Positions 58,011 through 64,000 of a stretch of DNA of 64,000 nt are shown here, piece by piece (the stretch's first letter is position 1; each line of letters starts with the position of its first letter). The notes below the pieces were generated by a model that did not search any database, had not been told where the DNA came from, and worked only from the letters and a program-made list of their open reading frames with translations. The position numbers and the translations under genes are program-made. Origin of the DNA: Eledone cirrhosa (lineage: Eukaryota); the NCBI GenBank assembly GCA_964016885.1, contig OZ024756.1, positions 1,240,001 through 1,304,000 of the forward strand, given 5' to 3'.

Positions 58011-58023
58011 TATATATATATAT

Positions 58024-58237
58024 AGTAATAATAATAAATTTGAAGACTAAAATCCAAAGAGGGCTCGATAAGGATAAATATATATCAAATATATAAGAAC
58101 CGTAGAGCAAATATTTATTAAAATAACAGATTAAAGTTTAAGCAAAGAATCGCTGCTTTCACCCTTAACGAGATCTTCTGAAGGGTAAAAGCAGCGATTC
58201 TTTGCTTAAACTTTAATCTGTTATTTTAATAAATATA
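58024..58237. repeat. Penelope pLTR-derived foldback; inverted partner at 60750-60946
   Basis: Internal hairpin TTAAAGTTTAAGCAAAGAATCGCTGCTTT...AAAGCAGCGATTCTTTGCTTAAACTTTAA. The same family appears at 8719-8775 and 61913-61985. Confidence 0.75.
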
Positions 58238-58301
58238 TATATATAACCCATGCTAGCACAGAAAAATATACATTAACTGGTGGTGATGATACCTGCGTGT
58301 G

Positions 58302-58360
<59 letters not shown>

Positions 58361-58414
58361 ATCTACATAGGTTCAGAGTTATAAAAACATTTTCTTAACT
58401 AGATTTTAACTCAC

Positions 58415-58538
58415 CTATCCATTTCATCCATCCACTTCCTTGTTGAGCAAGTTTTACAGCATGGATATTTCCAAATGATGTATCATAACCCATCATATGA
58501 CAAAATATGCGTCGTGTTAAGTAATCCCGGATCTGATG
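58415..58538 (-). CDS. AP4E1: AP-4 epsilon, 2nd exon found (124 nt)
   Basis: HQIRDYLTRRIFCHMMGYDTSFGNIHAVKLAQQGSGWMKWI, matching AP4E1 GYD.SFG.IHA.KLAQQG; aacag/gtgagt boundaries. Confidence 0.92.
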
Positions 58539-59379
58539 CTGTTAACAGATTAAAAGAAAATATTTTATGAGATTAACCCTTTAGCTTTTAAACCGTCTGT
58601 ATCTGACCAGAATTCTCTCACCTCTCTCTGTTCAAACCAGCTTTAACTAGTCACTCATACCTACATTATGGTATTGTTCTCAAAATAAATAACATCAAAA
58701 TCTCATAGGTCTGATATTATGTCTGATATTATGAAAATATAATAGTAAATATAGAGTAATGTAAATGCTAAAAGATTAACCTGAATTTTAGTTGCTTCAG
58801 CTAAACCTAATTAACAAGTGGGCCCTGACTCGAGTCAATATCCTTTCAGTTCTTTGGCAGGCTAGATTGTCAGGGTTGATAGGAAGAGGCCAGAATATCT
58901 GACCCTATGCTAAGAAATAGATGTCTCATTTGGGACACCATAGTCAGCAATTCTTTTGCTCCTTCCCATATCCTAGATGGTGCAGTAAAGATGAGGGTCA
59001 ATGTATCTGAAGTTGAATGGAATATAATTCTAAAATCCAGGAGTTATCAGCAAACTATTTCTTCCAGTCTGTGGTTTTTGAAACATTTTGGGGAGCTGGT
59101 CCACTGACAATGAAGCTCTTATCATTAGTAGCTTAGCTTATTGAGGTATCAAGTGATGCCTGGAAAGGTGCTTGCTTATGCCAGTGTCTTAGCCTCGCTA
59201 TCACTCACAGTAATGCTGACAGTGTGTTGGCTTCCCTCAAAGATTATTAGAAAGAAGCTCCAGTACCTCATGTTGTGGTGTGTGATTGAGGGTGCTAGTC
59301 TTCTTCCACCTCCTTTTTCTTCCTTATTATTCCCTGCCTTTTTTTTTTTACTCCTGTACATATATAAACTCTTGTCATG

Positions 59380-59948
59380 ACAGCGACCCATGCACTGGAG
59401 AATCCATCGAAGAAGACATGGACAAAACAAATCGAACGACTTAAAATCACAGAACCTAAACCTCGACCATGCTAAGGTGAGTGCTACTAATAGAAAAGCA
59501 TGGAAGAATATCACCCAGCAGTATCCACAGCAGTGTTTTGGTTGAAAGGACAGTCTCCCCAAAACGTCAGCTAGGGATCGAAGAAGAAGAAGATATATAT
59601 CTACAGTCTTTTCAACATTTTTGTATGTTTTTGAATGATTAAAAAGTTTAAGAAGAGAATAAAAACATATTTCTTCATGGTTGAGATTGTTTGTAAGTTT
59701 ATAATTTTATGCATCATTGTTTTCAGGAAAGAATCGCTGGACAGATTTTATGGGCAAAACCAACTGGCAAGAGACCTAGGAGTAGACCCTAAGCAAGATG
59801 GTTGGATAACATCCATGAGCTTGGCTGGTCTCGCTTGGGGATCCAGTTGGATCAGTTGGAGACAGTTGCTTCTGACAGGACGCCACTGGAAGGAGTGTTT
59901 GAGGACTCTGCTCCCACAACCCTCTCAGGATTAAGTGGGTGAAGAAGA
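59380..59948 (+). mobile_element. Two short decayed RTE-like 3' ends
   Basis: RRTW...D...A..R..W-type remnants, each ending in a (GAA)n tail (~59590 and ~59948). Confidence 0.5.
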
Positions 59949-60046
59949 CAATTTAATCATATATTTTAGAAATAAAAGGAGGAGGCCATATGTACGGTAG
60001 CTCTAAAGGCTAAACTCTGCTTTAACTCATGTCTGAATATACTTAC

Positions 60047-60118
60047 TGTTGATACATCTGGTTGAGATAATTTCTGCTGTACAAGCGTGAGATCCTTTTG
60101 TATAATATGCTGTTCAAT
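60047..60118 (-). CDS. AP4E1: AP-4 epsilon, 1st exon found (72 nt); the start exon was not located
   Basis: ttttcag|IEQHIIQKDLTLVQQKLSQPDVST|gtaagt; phase 0-0 and in frame with the next exon. Confidence 0.85.
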
Positions 60119-61578
60119 CTGAAAATTGAAACAAATATTTTTATGAATTATTATGAACTTACTGTGACCATTTAGCATTTAAAACGGCCTTAAAGGGCCG
60201 TAACTCTGTGCCGCTAAGCATGTACGACGCTCTACCGACTCTACCAATACTTTTATCCTCGGGTCAAGTACCTACCATTTGGTAATGGTACATTTGAATA
60301 ATAAATATAAAAAAGGGTTTAAGGTGAGTGTGTGTCTGTGAAACATATATATACACCAGGTCCGAACACAAAGGAACCAAACTCCGGTAGGTTGTCGTTT
60401 AACGTTAGAAATAAAAAAATAAAAATCATGTCAACAAATGAGTAAATAGCCAAATCAACCTAGAATATAAATTTACATTTGATATAATTTATTAATTACA
60501 GACGTATTTTTAAATAGCGACATACCCATGGAAATCACACCTTAACGGTCCGAAATTCACTGGGTCGCCCTTGAAATATATATAATAAAATAAATGTGGT
60601 TTTATAAATATAGTTTCCATTTATTATTATCTTGGAATATTTACTCCAGTAACTTGTTGAGTGCTCTATATCAGTTATAAACATTTATGTTTGTCGGAAT
60701 TCCAACAAATTAAATACAACTCCTACACATATATATATATATATTTATTTATTAAAGTTTAAGCAAAGAATCGCTGCTTTCACCCATAACGGGATCCCGT
60801 TAAGGGTGAAAGCAGCGATTCTTTGCTTAAACTTTAATCTGTTATTTTAATAAATATTTGCTCTACGGTTCTTATAGATTTGATATATATTTATCCTTAT
60901 CGAGCCCTTTTTGGATTTTAGTCCTGACATTTATTATTATTACTATACATATATACTATATATATATATATATTGGCTCGGTTCTGCTTGATCCTATTAT
61001 AGTGACCTACATTCCGCGGGCTCACATACATTCTCTGTGCGTGATTTGGCTCAGTTCAACCAATCAGCGCGAGTAGAAGAGGATGTATACCTACGCGCCC
61101 GAGGAAGAAATTCCCCGCTAAGATTTGAAGAATCTCTCTCTTGTACCGGAAACTTCAAGCCAGCAACACGCATAATGTAACGGTGAGATTTTCACCCTAG
61201 CCTCGCCGGCTTAACGGCACAATGGCACATTCCCTTTTGTAACCTCTTTGTATCTGTAACTTCAACCATATAATTAAACAAACATTTCATCTCTAATTAC
61301 TGCTGTTGAAATCATTGTTATGTTACTCGTGTATCAATGACATCTATAATCCATGCTGCTGGAATTGGCGACCTGACGAAAGGAATATTGTAAATAAATG
61401 GTAAATAGATCGAGGGACCTTCCCTCACGTCTATGTCAACAAGATAATCCAACGAGGATAGTATCACTTACCACACTGGCAACTAACGACCTTCAATCAT
61501 CTACCCTGTTAAAGTAACGACCAACTACTCTATAACCAATACTGCTAAACTATCATAGCATTGAGCTAAAATACACCT

Positions 61579-61675
61579 AGTAAATGAGTAAAGTTTACTC
61601 TCATAAATATTACTCTTATCAATATATATATTGATAATAGTAATATTTATGAGAGGAAATTTTACTCATTTACTA
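61579..61675. repeat. ~97-bp imperfect palindrome
   Basis: TAGTAAATGAGTAAA...TTTACTCATTTACTA centred on ATATATAT. Confidence 0.8.
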
Positions 61676-61838
61676 TATATATGACGAAAGAGCTTTGACA
61701 ATATATAAACAAACATCCGGAAATTTATAATAAATTGAAATGAAAGCGCACCAAGATTGGTTTGGTCGCCCTTGAAATATATATAATAAAATAAATATGG
61801 TTTTATAAATATAGTTTCCATTTATTATTATCTTATAT

Positions 61839-61912
<74 letters not shown>

Positions 61913-61919
<7 letters not shown>

Positions 61920-64000
61920 TAAAATAACAGATTAAAGTTTAAGTAAAGAATCGCTGCTTTCACCCTTAACGGGATCTTCTGAAACTAACAAAGTCAATCT
62001 GTAAACGCAGAAGTGGATATTTCAAAAAACGTTGCAACCGGAGGAAGACAGAAAGACGATACTTTGGTTCGTGGAAACGTTCCCGGACAAAGAACGGGAG
62101 AAAACGAATAATACGTCATTAATAGGAGCGGTGAAAAACAATTACGCGCAAAGACAGAGCCACGTTTATGGTATAAAAGAGGTCGTAGACTAATGTTCTC
62201 TTAGGTGGTGCATAGAGACGTTCTCTGGCAATGAACGAAAAAACGAAGATAATACGTCATATGTGGAACGTGGAGAACAATAGCACGCAAAGACAAAACC
62301 ACGTAAATGGTATAGCAGAAGTCGTAGACTAAAATTCTAACTAGGAGACCAAATGAATCTCCGCTACAGAGTTAAGAACAAAGTAAATAAATACAATACA
62401 GAAGTAATAGAAATAAATAAATACATACACGCAAACAGATACGTACATACACAAGCATACGCAAAACCTTACCATAGGTATACAACCACGCACATATAAA
62501 TATGTGTGTGTGTGTATGCTTGTGTACAAATAAATAAATAATTAGATAAACGTATATAAGTAAATAAATACGTATATAACAAGCGCACACACATACCTAC
62601 ATATAAATACACGAATGTTCGGAGACGTAAGTCAACTAAAACAAGAAGTACACATATACACACACCCACCATACGTACGAACCTGCCTACTCACGCAGAC
62701 GCAAAACTCCCGTATACACATAGCCAAACCCTAAATACCTGAATATATAAACAGTATACGCCATAACAATCAAATATACGTACGAGAAGGTATACATACC
62801 TTCACAAAACATACGGGTAATATATACTTACCTATGCAAATAAGTAAAGGAATAAACAAAACATATACTTAGCTCCCACATCAAGACGTAAAATATCCAC
62901 GTATAGATCGTACTATCCGTTAGGATATAACGTGGGGCTGTAATACCGGAAAGTTTTGTGCAATTTATGTTTACAAGCCGAAATTGCCTCAGATTTTTTG
63001 TTTTAGATGTGGTCTGTGGCGTAGAGTATTTCCAGGGCCTCAGCGGCGCAGAGGTCACATGGTCTTTTAATCCGTTATACGATCTAGCCCTAGCTAGGGT
63101 CTCCCAGTATAACTTATATTGGGTGTGGTTGTCTTTTAGACTCCAGATATAAGCTGAAAGTGACGTCATATTCATTCTTAGAGGGTAACGAAAAGAAAGG
63201 GTATGCATGTAAAGACGCTGCTTGAAACTACTGGCGGTTAACCCTATGTAGGCCCTACGGGACGTGGGTCTTACAACCTTACATTTGTAGACAATGTTAC
63301 AGGAGAGGCATTTCCCGGATAGGGGGCAATCAGCCCGATTCCTACAATTACAGTTAGTACTAACTACAGGGTTGCAGGTGTTACTACGGCTAGGTAGTTT
63401 AGCTAAATTTGAAGCTGTGATGTTATGTGCAAGGTTAGGAGTCGTAGAGTAAGAAATTTTAATAGTATTTCTATTAAAAATGTTACTATATTTATGTGTA
63501 GGGGGAAAATGCTTCGTAATAAGGGAAAGAAAGGTCTTAGCTAATGGTGTGGCCACCTCCATATTATATGGTCGGTTAAACCAACAAATGCGACGGGATC
63601 TATTTCTTCTAGGTCTATTTTCGTACTCTGTATATGCTACCTTATCGACAAATCCACTTCGAGCAAGAGCTTCATTGTAATAAGTGGAATGGTCGTTGAA
63701 AATCCGCTCGTTGGTGGAAAGACGGGAAAGCCTCAACGAAACGTTTCTTACCAGGTTCTTGGTTATGCTGGCAGGATGGTTGGAATGCTTACTTATGTAA
63801 TTAAGCGTATCATTCGGCTTTCTATACGGGTAATACAACCCATTCAATAAATTGAGGGTAACGTTGAGGTAATTAACGACCGAGAGATTGGCCTCAACCT
63901 GTATAGAGAGGTTGAAGCCTTTAAAGAAGGCTGTGAGTTCTTTTCTGAACCTTTCGCAAGCACGAGGTCCACACTTAGTCATGGTTAAAAGACCATCGTC
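61913..64000 (-). mobile_element. Penelope-like element (Naiad-like), 3' half, continuing past the window end
   Basis: DDGL at the window edge, VNYLNVTLNL, YPYRKPN, SNHP, WFN.PY, CNC...CPLSGKCL..IVYKC...YIGLT..SFKQR, TSLSAYIWSLK, and a frameshifted CDLC..E. The pLTR runs to ~61913. Confidence 0.88.

Noticed and set aside
62828-63982. Selenocysteine recoding in the Naiad-like elements (also 44281-45441)
   Set aside because: The visible conserved Cys positions use TGT/TGC, and no in-frame TGA was seen at them.

Overview
AT-rich, microsatellite-saturated animal genomic DNA, most likely from a coleoid cephalopod such as Octopus (inferred from the SINE family and repeat landscape). Two host genes are supported. 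One is an intronless, unusually long FoxL1 forkhead gene (739-3822, minus). The other is seven consecutive coding exons of AP-4 complex subunit epsilon (AP4E1-like, 52452-60118, minus), with a probable GC-AG intron and no recognisable 3' exons. The rest is mobile DNA: two oppositely oriented copies of a CR1-group LINE, four Penelope-like elements (one Neptune-like copy broken only by two homopolymer indels), RTE and hAT fragments, a Helentron-like element, SINEs, foldbacks and minisatellites. The most striking feature is a non-coding array of near-identical 310-bp units at 30603-33980. Each unit carries a minimal type I hammerhead ribozyme, giving 4 copies on minus and then 7 on plus around an inversion point. 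This fits a retrozyme or circular-RNA-producing element. At least six more hammerhead motifs are dispersed through the window, mostly at Penelope termini and palindromes. All analysis was done by eye, so repeat boundaries are approximate.
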